Below are positions 1 through 7,759 of a DNA stretch of 26,354 bases, piece after piece. Position numbers and translations under genes: made by a program. Below the pieces are notes generated by a model. That model was given only the letters and a program-made list of their open reading frames with translations. It was not told the DNA's origin and searched no databases. The stretch covers positions 1 to 26,354 of the IMG/VR virus record IMGVR_UViG_3300005613_000358, one strand, 5' to 3'. Each line of letters opens with the position of its first letter. The first letter of the stretch is position 1. Source of the DNA: a virus (lineage: Duplodnaviria > Caudoviricetes).

Positions 1-1208
1 GATGAATAATATACACGACCTCCATTAGTAGTTACAAATATACAACCATTTTCTGTAACACAAGTATCATGTAATGGAGTGCTATCTGTAGTAGATACTT
101 CTGACCAATTATTTCCCCCATCAATAGAACGAAATACTTTTCCACTAGCACATGCTGCTATATAATATCCAGTTGATGGTTGTCTTATAACAGAATATAT
201 TTGAACAGATAAATCTTGTGCAACAGATAAATCTAAAAAATATGGAGTACCATTTGCTTCAGTAGATATAGCAGTTTCTCCATCAGTAACATTATAACCC
301 GTTACTACAAAATAATAAGGAACTCCAGTAGAATATCCAGAAGGTGGAACCCACTCATATCCACTAGTAATATTTTCCATTTTTGTACCAGTAATCTTTG
401 TTACCCCAGAAGAAGTTCCCCAATATAAATTATAAGATGTAGCTCCTTCTAAAGAATCAAAAGTTATAGTAACTTTTGTATGCCCACTAGTAGCTGTTAC
501 TCCTGACGGAGGCACCCATATCCCCAAACGACTACCTGAATCATCACTTTCTATCCCATAGGGAGTAAGATCTACTGCTGCTACAGATTGAGAAGTTTTT
601 AGAGTACTTGTAAATTGTCCACTCTGAAGATATAGTTTTAAATCAGTATATCCTACCCATGGAGTATTTGTACCATCCCAAGAAATATCATGAGGTGCTG
701 TATCTATAGATCCTACAGATTGAGAATCTTTTATAGTACTTGTAAATTGTCCACTAAATAAAACTAATTTATCAACATTAGTACCAGTAAAAGGAGTATC
801 TCCGTCTTCAATGGCACTTATTCCAGTAGGAGTTTTATCCGGTGGATCTGTAGCATTACTTGTTTTTATAGTACTTGTAAATTGTCCACTTGTAAGATAA
901 CATTTATCAGCTTCACCTCCTACCCATGGTGTATTTCCATTTGCGTCATAAGAAATACCTTGAGGATTAAGATCTACTGCCCCTATAGCTTGAGAGGTTT
1001 TTAAAGTACTTGTAAACTTTCCACTCTGAAGATACAATTTATCAGCTTGACTACCTATCCATGGAATATTTGAAATATCCTTAGATATTCCAACTATCTG
1101 AGTATCTACTGCAACTATTGATTGAGAAGTTTTTATAGTACTTGTAAATTGTCCACTTGTAAGATATAATTTACCTGCAGACATCCCACTCCAAAGTGTA
1201 TCACTCAT
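1..1208 (-). CDS. Putative virion/receptor-binding protein: five 44-45 aa repeats (probable beta-propeller), an FN3 domain and the start of an Asp-box/BNR region; truncated at the left edge
   Basis: Not in the ORF track because it has no stop in the window. Manual translation from ATG at 1208 (TAATG overlap with the upstream stop) is open for about 402 codons: MSDTLWSGMSAGKLYLTSGQFTSTIKTSQ-type repeats x5, then WVPPSGVTATSGHTKVTITFDSLEGATSYNLYWG...YYFVVTGYN (FN3), then VFRSIDGGNNW (Asp-box). Confidence 0.75.
   Translation of the reverse strand, partial: MSDTLWSGMSAGKLYLTSGQFTSTIKTSQSIVAVDTQIVGISKDISNIPWIGSQADKLYLQSGKFTSTLKTSQAIGAVDLNPQGISYDANGNTPWVGGEADKCYLTSGQFTSTIKTSNATDPPDKTPTGISAIEDGDTPFTGTNVDKLVLFSGQFTSTIKDSQSVGSIDTAPHDISWDGTNTPWVGYTDLKLYLQSGQFTSTLKTSQSVAAVDLTPYGIESDDSGSRLGIWVPPSGVTATSGHTKVTITFDSLEGATSYNLYWGTSSGVTKITGTKMENITSGYEWVPPSGYSTGVPYYFVVTGYNVTDGETAISTEANGTPYFLDLSVAQDLSVQIYSVIRQPSTGYYIAACASGKVFRSIDGGNNWSEVSTTDSTPLHDTCVTENGCIFVTTNGGRVYYS
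545..1205 (-). repeat. Five in-frame coding repeats, period 132-135 bp
   Basis: Core gtacttgtaaattgtccact starts at 604, 736, 871 and 1138, with a variant at 1006; spacings 132, 135, 135, 132. Encodes SG(Q/K)FTST(I/L)K. Confidence 0.9.
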
Positions 1209-1867
1209 TATTTATAATTCCTATTCATATTTTGTATAGCTTTTGAAATTTCATTCATACTTAATTCTGAAAAATGATCACATGGATAATCATAATGACA
1301 ATATATTTCAAATCCATTTTTTCTTGCTTTTTCACAAAACATTAAATCATTTCCCTTATATACTATTCCATCTTGTAACCATTTTCTCATAAAAGGAGCC
1401 TGTCTCATTTCTTTTTTCATGAAAACTCTTTTAGAAATTATGAAGCAACCAGTTCCAATTGCATCTACTCGTTGTAATCCTTTTTTTATCATATGTTCTT
1501 TATAAGCATCCTCTTTTTCAACATAATCATAACCATTCCAATATATAGGTCTTTCTCCTATTTTATCTGTAAAATGCCATACAGGAGTAGGGAGTCCTAT
1601 TATATCTCTATTTAACTCTACTAAATCTAAAGGATTAGCTAAGGGTGGATTATCTGCATCTATGTTAAGCCAAAATAAATAATCATTATTTATAAAATCA
1701 TTTATAATATGATGTAAATTATTTTCATATGGTCTATGACTTGGCCATATTGCTGTAACATCATATCTATTATCTTTTGCTAATTTCCATTGTACCATTG
1801 AAATTGTTTTATGTTGATATAAATGAGCAGGATCAAGAGGAAAAGAAATTAGTATTTTCTTTTTCAT
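1208..1867 (-). CDS. GT-A fold (GT2-like) glycosyltransferase
   Basis: DxD motif after a hydrophobic strand (LFWLNIDAD), VDAIGTGCFIISKRVF, and GNDLMFCEKARKNGFEIYCH, matching the GT2-like C-terminal ED-x-x-FC pattern. Confidence 0.75.
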   Translation of the reverse strand: MKKKILISFPLDPAHLYQHKTISMVQWKLAKDNRYDVTAIWPSHRPYENNLHHIINDFINNDYLFWLNIDADNPPLANPLDLVELNRDIIGLPTPVWHFTDKIGERPIYWNGYDYVEKEDAYKEHMIKKGLQRVDAIGTGCFIISKRVFMKKEMRQAPFMRKWLQDGIVYKGNDLMFCEKARKNGFEIYCHYDYPCDHFSELSMNEISKAIQNMNRNYK

Positions 1868-1871
1868 GTTA

Positions 1872-2417
1872 TTATTTTTCTATTATTTTTTTCTTTTGTT
1901 TTATAATTATATTTGTTAGTGTTTTATGATCAGTCCATTTTTTATTTTTATTTTTTATTATTCCAGGAGTAGAATCATTTGGTTCAAGAGCTGCACGTTG
2001 CTGCTTAGTTAATGAGAGTCCTAACTCTTGTTTTAATTTAATACTTTCTAAAACAGTATTATCTATAATTTCATCTGCATCTTTTACATGAGCTTTTTCA
2101 TCATAAAACTTTTCACATTCCAATTCTGTTATTTCAGAACATATATTTGGAAACATTGCTACAGCTTGTTTAACAAATAAATCAGGTAATAACAATACTC
2201 CAAATTGCTGACCAACAGGACTATCTGATGTTTCTTCTAAATGACCAGATGTTTTATCATAATGCCATCCCATTCCATCACTATAGATATCAATATAAAA
2301 AGACCAATCCATACCAGAATCTTTTATTATTTGTAATTTATTAAAATCTGGATATAAGGCATTTCCATTTGGTTTTAATAAAATTTTAACTTTTAATGGT
2401 ACTAATTCTCTTGCCAT
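1872..2417 (-). CDS. Hypothetical protein, 181 aa
   Basis: ORF with AGAAAGGA RBS, tightly packed between baseplate J and the glycosyltransferase; no motif recognised. Confidence 0.8.
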   Translation of the reverse strand: MARELVPLKVKILLKPNGNALYPDFNKLQIIKDSGMDWSFYIDIYSDGMGWHYDKTSGHLEETSDSPVGQQFGVLLLPDLFVKQAVAMFPNICSEITELECEKFYDEKAHVKDADEIIDNTVLESIKLKQELGLSLTKQQRAALEPNDSTPGIIKNKNKKWTDHKTLTNIIIKQKKKIIEK

Positions 2418-2436
2418 TTTTAAAAATCCTTTCTAG

Positions 2437-3534
2437 TTATTCATAATCCTCAAAAGTTACTGTTCCTAATTTATGTACTTGAGTATAGGATGCCGATACA
2501 TCTAATACAGGATTTACTATCACATGTCTTTCTTCATCTGTAGCAGCTGAAATTGCTTCACTAATTTGAGAAAGATATAATGTTTGTCCCGGTCCACCTT
2601 CCCTTAAAATCAAATCTTCTAATTCTGTTTCAATAGCTGTTTGAACATCTGATGTATTAGGATAGATTTTTATAGTAAAATCTACAGAATATTCTTCTAA
2701 AGCTAATATTGCTAAACCCCCACTTGCTCCCACAGGAATACCTACTGTATCACCTGAAGCAGGATCACTATGACTTTCTAAATATGCTTGAACTTCATCT
2801 CTTTTTGTTGAATTAGGATAAATAACTGTATCATTATCACAAACAAAAGCACAACCAACTGTACCATTTCCCATATACTGATCAAAAGCCCATGCTCTAG
2901 TAACCCCATCTACTTCTTTCATCCAAGTCACATAATCAAATATAGCTCCGCCATGAGGAGGTAATCGTTTTCTTTGTAATATTCTTTCTCTTATTTCATC
3001 AGTAGTTTCTGCATCTTCTCCTCCTGTTATTCCTTCACTATTAACAGTTATAGTTGAGTCTACATTATTTATAGAAGACACAAATGATAAAATAATTCCT
3101 CCATCATCATTATATATTTCCCCAACTTCTTGTGCTTCAAAAGTAACAGACCCTGTCCCTCCGGTCAAAGTTACAGCTTCTGTAGTAATATAAATATATC
3201 CGTCAGTAGATTGTAATTTAGTACTAACTGGTATAATACATCCAGTATTTCCTGTTGCGGTTCCAGTTCCAGTAGCCTTACTCCCATCATCTGCAGATAA
3301 TCCATATTCAGTAGCATGAACATTTATATAATTAGAATCGGCACTTGAAATAAATAATTGATCGGCCATATAATATAAATAACCATAACATAAATGAATT
3401 GCTCCGGCAATTACTTTACATAATACTTTTAAGGTTGATCGTCTGAAAAGAGAACCTACTCCTGTTATCCGTGTTTCCATATCATTTTTAATTCGATTAA
3501 CTAATTCCGTAAGCGTAGGTCTGGAAAACGCCAT
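2437..3534 (-). CDS. Baseplate J / Mu gp47-like wedge protein
   Basis: MAFSRPTLTEL start, GGEDAETTDEIRERIL, PPHGGAIFDYVTWMKEVDGVTRAW; AGGAGG RBS; follows the gp46-like gene. Confidence 0.93.
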   Translation of the reverse strand: MAFSRPTLTELVNRIKNDMETRITGVGSLFRRSTLKVLCKVIAGAIHLCYGYLYYMADQLFISSADSNYINVHATEYGLSADDGSKATGTGTATGNTGCIIPVSTKLQSTDGYIYITTEAVTLTGGTGSVTFEAQEVGEIYNDDGGIILSFVSSINNVDSTITVNSEGITGGEDAETTDEIRERILQRKRLPPHGGAIFDYVTWMKEVDGVTRAWAFDQYMGNGTVGCAFVCDNDTVIYPNSTKRDEVQAYLESHSDPASGDTVGIPVGASGGLAILALEEYSVDFTIKIYPNTSDVQTAIETELEDLILREGGPGQTLYLSQISEAISAATDEERHVIVNPVLDVSASYTQVHKLGTVTFEDYE

Positions 3535-3545
3535 AATACTCCTCC

Positions 3546-4025
3546 TTAACTATCTTTCTGAACATCCCATTGTATTTCATATCTTAAATGTAATGTTTCC
3601 GAATTTAATTTTAATATTTCTATTTCAATACCCATCCAACTATCAGATTTATTATCTATACGTTCAGTTGTAACATTTATACTTGAAGCAACCTTATCCT
3701 CTATCATCCATTGTAATGCTTCTATACAATATTCCTTAGCCTTTATTAATGCTTGTTCAGTAGTTTTAGCTCTGCTTAATAAATATAGTCTTGATCCTAT
3801 TTCATCACCTTCAACTTCAGGACTTACTAAATCTCCCCACCATCCTTGTTTATCTCTAAGATCTTCATCTAACAATTCATCATCATCTCTAGCTCTTCGA
3901 TCAGTAAATAAACTCATTAATACAGCAGTTTCTAATCCACCATCATGAGTTAAATCTCCATCAACAATTTCAAAGTCACCACCCATCAAATCAGTATCCC
4001 ATACCATTTTAAAATCATCCGGCAT
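3546..4025 (-). CDS. Mu gp46-like baseplate protein (start revised to MPDD at 4025)
   Basis: GLETAVLMSLFTDRRA, GWWGD, IGSRLYLLSRAK, EALQWMIED are gp46 hallmarks; GGAGG lies upstream of ATG 4025. Confidence 0.92.
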   Translation of the reverse strand: MPDDFKMVWDTDLMGGDFEIVDGDLTHDGGLETAVLMSLFTDRRARDDDELLDEDLRDKQGWWGDLVSPEVEGDEIGSRLYLLSRAKTTEQALIKAKEYCIEALQWMIEDKVASSINVTTERIDNKSDSWMGIEIEILKLNSETLHLRYEIQWDVQKDS

Positions 4026-4299
4026 TAGTATCTTCCCTCCAGTCAAACATATCACAACCTATAAGTTGATCCATTAAAATATTAACACCACAATAGAATT
4101 TTTTACATACTTTAGGTTTATTTTTATGAATAGAACAAATAGACATGAATTCATCTTTTTCTCTCAAAAATTTACAAACTTTACTAAACATAAAAGTCTT
4201 AGTATGCCAGGATATTTTTAATCGTTCATCCCAAGATAATTGTTTACAACAAACTCCACATTGAATACATGTTGGTTTAGATATCATTATAGAAGACAT
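4015..4299 (-). CDS. YkgJ-family cysteine-cluster (CxxCxxCC) protein
   Basis: CIQCGVCC...CKFL...CSIHKNKPKVCKKFYC, an eight-Cys pattern. Confidence 0.8.
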   Translation of the reverse strand: MSSIMISKPTCIQCGVCCKQLSWDERLKISWHTKTFMFSKVCKFLREKDEFMSICSIHKNKPKVCKKFYCGVNILMDQLIGCDMFDWREDTNAG

Positions 4300-4502
4300 T
4301 ATATTATCTTCACAGTATTATGAGTGTCTCCATTACTATCAGTGCCAAAACATGTAGCATTTGTAGTAATTTCATCAATTATAGCATTAGCAATTGCTTC
4401 AGCCATTTTACTTGCTTCACAAAAAGGATTTGTTATATTAAATCCTTGTGCTGTCATTTCTGTTTCAATTCTTGATTTAAGACTAGCTTTACTTAATGCC
4501 AT
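4299..4502 (-). CDS. Small protein downstream of the baseplate spike gene, 67 aa
   Basis: AGAAAGGA RBS; MALSKASLK...AEAIANAIIDEI resembles small genes that follow Mu-like spike genes; stop overlaps the next start. Confidence 0.75.
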   Translation of the reverse strand: MALSKASLKSRIETEMTAQGFNITNPFCEASKMAEAIANAIIDEITTNATCFGTDSNGDTHNTVKII

Positions 4503-4523
4503 TTTCTAATCCTTTCTAATATC

Positions 4524-4554
4524 ATTATAATAAAATTTAGTATATAGATGTAAA
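4524..4554 (-). promoter_or_regulatory. Possible sigma70-type promoter
   Basis: Minus strand TTTACA-N19-TATAAT upstream of the 67-aa gene. The spacer is long and the region is very AT-rich, so support is weak. Confidence 0.25.
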
Positions 4555-4611
4555 TCATTGAAAATATTAATAATTATATCTAAAAAATAAAAAAGTTTTA
4601 AAATAAGGATG

Positions 4612-4696
4612 CTGACAGTCATGAAGTGTAATATAACCCATTTATATATGGAATGTAATTTCATGATCGTCAGCGATCTGTCACATGCTTTAAATT
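4612..4696. repeat. Dispersed intergenic repeat, copy 1 (stem-loop)
   Basis: 82 of 85 nt identical to 21472-21556; weaker similarity extends about 25 nt to the left; internal inverted repeat gctgac..tcatgaa / ttcatga..gtcagc. Confidence 0.95.
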
Positions 4697-4775
4697 GGAT
4701 ATTATGATTATAGTTGAATGTATATTTTTATCTTTCAAAAAAAATAATAAAAAATGTTTAATTTTAAAAAATTTT

Positions 4776-5303
4776 TTATTTTGAAGCTTTAACAGTTGTA
4801 GAAACATCAGGATGAGGATTTCCAGTATAAGCACATATACATTCTCCAGTAACAACTCCAGTAGTACTAGCTCCTCCACCTATAATAGTAATTGTTGATC
4901 CCTTTATTTCTATTTCTTGTCCTGCTTTTAAATGAATTCTATGTGATCCACCACTATCTTCATGGGTATATAAAATTACCTCCCCTTCATTTAAATCAGT
5001 AGGTCTAGTTTCTCTATCTTGAACTTTAATAACAACAGCAGATTCTCTATTTCCATTTGGGGATAAACATAAAGCTTCAGATGTTTCAGATACTTTTGGA
5101 TAAGAATCTAATCCATATTCTTGCATTCTTTCTACATCATTAAGAATATTCCCTGCTCCAGCAGATATTTTTATAATCTGATATTTACCAGAATTAGTTA
5201 CTGCTAATAATATTGCTCTACCTATTATTAGATATAATTTTTTCCGAATAGGTGTGATTAATCGTTTGAAATCATTTAAATTTATCATATTTTTATTTAT
5301 CAA
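4776..5303 (-). CDS. Baseplate central spike, Mu gp45 / gpV-like
   Basis: VERMQEYGLDSYP, GNRESAVVIKVQDRETRPTDLNEGEVILY; C-terminal GVVTGECICAYTGNPHPD. Start could be the second Met at 5288. Confidence 0.9.
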   Translation of the reverse strand: MINKNMINLNDFKRLITPIRKKLYLIIGRAILLAVTNSGKYQIIKISAGAGNILNDVERMQEYGLDSYPKVSETSEALCLSPNGNRESAVVIKVQDRETRPTDLNEGEVILYTHEDSGGSHRIHLKAGQEIEIKGSTITIIGGGASTTGVVTGECICAYTGNPHPDVSTTVKASK

Positions 5304-6366
5304 ATTTTGTTTTTATTTGGGTAATTGGTTGTTCTAACAATTCATAAGTTTCTGGAAATACAGATGTTATTGTGGTAGTTGTACCTGAGGAAAAATCCAT
5401 CCTAAATGTTAATGCTGATATTAATAAAGTATTTTGTATATTTAAATTAGAATCTCTCACTTTTACTTTAGAATTTAATGACCATATTTTCCCACCATAA
5501 AGATCACTTTGTTTCCATCCTTGTACTTTATGTTTATATGTTCTAGATTTTCCTGCTCTTACTCTAGCTTCCCATTCAGCTAACTTAATACATTCTCCTG
5601 TATCTGTAGCTTTATCTGAAAAAATGACTAAATGTCTGTTTCTAGTTATAACTTCATCATAAGCTCTTCCAACTGGTTCTATATAATCCCTTATAGCTTT
5701 TTTTTCTTTAACAGTTCCTTGACCTATAACAGTATATCCTGAATATCTATCTTTATCATTTATAAGCAAACTACCTTCTAAAATATTATAACCCAAAGCT
5801 AAACTATCTTTACAAAAAACATTTCCTCCTGCTCTAGTAAGAGTTAGATTACCATCTCCATAACTACAAGGTAATATAGCTTTATGTAAACATAATTCAG
5901 AAATTAAATCCATTACATCATCAATAGGACTTGCATTAAATTTAGGAACTATAGTATAAACATCATTTGAAATTATAGAATCTATTGATAACTCTATTCC
6001 ATACTCATCAACCAATTGTTCTATAATAGTATATAATGTAGAATTATTCCATTCTGTAGCATCATTTTTATATGAACAATCAACTATATCACATAACTTA
6101 TCTCTACCACTAATAACAATAGAATGAGAATCAGTTCCATAACTAGGTTCTATATCTTCTATATATCCTCTCATTACTAACTCAGAATCTATTTTAATTT
6201 CACATAAATCTCCTGAACTAAATCCCCAAGATTTCATTTTTCCAGGATATTTATCAGATACTACTAAACTAAATGAACCAGCTAAACCTTGAATAGATTT
6301 TCTTACTTCTACTTCTTCCCATCCACTATAACTTTTTCCATTTACTGATAATGTAATTTTATTCAC
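5293..6366 (-). CDS. Baseplate hub, Mu gp44 (gpP)-like
   Basis: ITLSVNGKSYSGWEEVEVRKSI...AGSFSL, GRDKLCDIVDCS, DRYSGYTVIGQ, VQGW...WSLN. Confidence 0.92.
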   Translation of the reverse strand: MNKITLSVNGKSYSGWEEVEVRKSIQGLAGSFSLVVSDKYPGKMKSWGFSSGDLCEIKIDSELVMRGYIEDIEPSYGTDSHSIVISGRDKLCDIVDCSYKNDATEWNNSTLYTIIEQLVDEYGIELSIDSIISNDVYTIVPKFNASPIDDVMDLISELCLHKAILPCSYGDGNLTLTRAGGNVFCKDSLALGYNILEGSLLINDKDRYSGYTVIGQGTVKEKKAIRDYIEPVGRAYDEVITRNRHLVIFSDKATDTGECIKLAEWEARVRAGKSRTYKHKVQGWKQSDLYGGKIWSLNSKVKVRDSNLNIQNTLLISALTFRMDFSSGTTTTITSVFPETYELLEQPITQIKTKFDK

Positions 6367-7759
6367 TTAATATCTCTATCTTTTTACCTCCTGGTAGAAA
6401 TCCAGGATGCTGTACCATTGTTTTATTTCGCTGAAATATTTCCTCAGCTCTATCTAAATCCATATATCTATCATAAGCTATTTCTAAAGTAGTTATTCCA
6501 TCTGGTGGGCATTCATATTCTATTATTACAGCTAAAGAAACCCCTACTTCTTTCATAGCTTTTATGAAATCAGATCTTAATTGTTCCATAGATGAAAACA
6601 TATCATTATTATCATCTAATATATTATAATTTCTATAAGTATCTGTTGCAGCTTCATCACCTAATTTTGTTAAATGATCATCTATAGCATCTACTATATT
6701 ATTCATTACCTCTATAACTTCATCATAACTATCATATTCCATTCTAATAGCAATTCTACAAGCCATAATTAATGCTAAATTTCTTGTTAAATTTACCATA
6801 TATAATCTATTTAAAGATTGTCTAGCAGAATTTTCAGAAGTAATTGATATAGGATCTAATCTTCCACCATATGTACTAGGATCTGATACAGTAGTAGATT
6901 CTCCAAATCTATTCATTTCTACTAAAGCATTAGTTGAGGATTTTCCTAAAACAGAAGGTAATTCATCTCCAGGAAGACTTACTGTATCTCCTCTATATTC
7001 CCCACTCCAATTTCCTATTATACCTCCTGTAACTGGAATTTCCTCTCCAATTAAATATAAAAAAGAATCTATATTAGATTTTAACATAGTAGCTGTATCA
7101 TTTGGAGAACTTATAATAGTATTTATATTAACTAAATTAGAAGATAACAATCCTAATGCAGAAGAAATAGTAGAAGATAATCCTCCTTTAGTAGCTAATA
7201 TTGCTTTTTTTGTCATGGCAATAGCTGATGTAGCATCAGTTATTATAGTTTCTCTAGAATATCCTAAATTTGGAATTCTAAAATTATCTACAAAATTATC
7301 ACAACATTGATTGACAGCTGTTTCAGCAGATTGATCAACAGCTTCAATATAATCAATATCTGACAAAATAAAACTACTTGATTCAGTCCGTACAAAAGTC
7401 ATAGAAAATGTAGCTATTCCACCATTATCAAAGGTTTCTCTAATTCTAGCTTTTCCCACCAAAGAAACTTGTTGATTACCTAAAAAAGGATGAACTAAAG
7501 TACCAGATCCAGCTTGTCTACATGCTTCTATAAGAGCATCTCTTTCTAGAAAATAATTAAAACTATTTTCAATATTCTGAATAACATATCCAGTAATAGT
7601 GAATTCATCTGTATCTTGTCCTAAATCTTCTATAAAAGGGGTATTTCTATTAGGATATTGATGAACTACATTCCGTCTTCCAGTACCTAAATCAGAACTA
7701 GATACTTTAAAAGGTATTCCTCTGAAACTAGCATCTTGTAAATTTAATCTCCAACTCAT
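6359..7759 (-). CDS. Mu gp43 (gpN)-like DNA circularisation/tail protein
   Basis: SWRLNLQDASFRGIPF, GRRNVVHQYP, EDLG, GTLVHPFLG; C-terminal AYDRYMDLDRAEEI...HPGFLP. Confidence 0.93.
   Translation of the reverse strand: MSWRLNLQDASFRGIPFKVSSSDLGTGRRNVVHQYPNRNTPFIEDLGQDTDEFTITGYVIQNIENSFNYFLERDALIEACRQAGSGTLVHPFLGNQQVSLVGKARIRETFDNGGIATFSMTFVRTESSSFILSDIDYIEAVDQSAETAVNQCCDNFVDNFRIPNLGYSRETIITDATSAIAMTKKAILATKGGLSSTISSALGLLSSNLVNINTIISSPNDTATMLKSNIDSFLYLIGEEIPVTGGIIGNWSGEYRGDTVSLPGDELPSVLGKSSTNALVEMNRFGESTTVSDPSTYGGRLDPISITSENSARQSLNRLYMVNLTRNLALIMACRIAIRMEYDSYDEVIEVMNNIVDAIDDHLTKLGDEAATDTYRNYNILDDNNDMFSSMEQLRSDFIKAMKEVGVSLAVIIEYECPPDGITTLEIAYDRYMDLDRAEEIFQRNKTMVQHPGFLPGGKKIEILSE

Noticed and set aside
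604-1157. CRISPR-like regularly spaced 20-nt repeats
   Set aside because: Period is 132-135 bp, always a multiple of three; spacers are homologous at protein level; no cas genes. These are coding repeats.
4324-4509. Plus-strand 61-aa ORF
   Set aside because: Antisense shadow of the 67-aa gene.
4640-4690. Hammerhead ribozyme core (minus strand CTGACGA-TCAT-GAAA)
   Set aside because: Stems I and III could not be formed convincingly, and copy 2 reads CTGACGG, breaking the core.
4611-4696. c-di-AMP (ydaO) riboswitch resemblance (GATCGCTGA...GTCAGC)
   Set aside because: Lacks the G-rich conserved internal segments; short matches are likely coincidental.
4670-4879. Minus-strand 69-aa ORF
   Set aside because: Overlaps the spike gene out of frame and runs into AT-rich intergenic DNA; no protein-like features.
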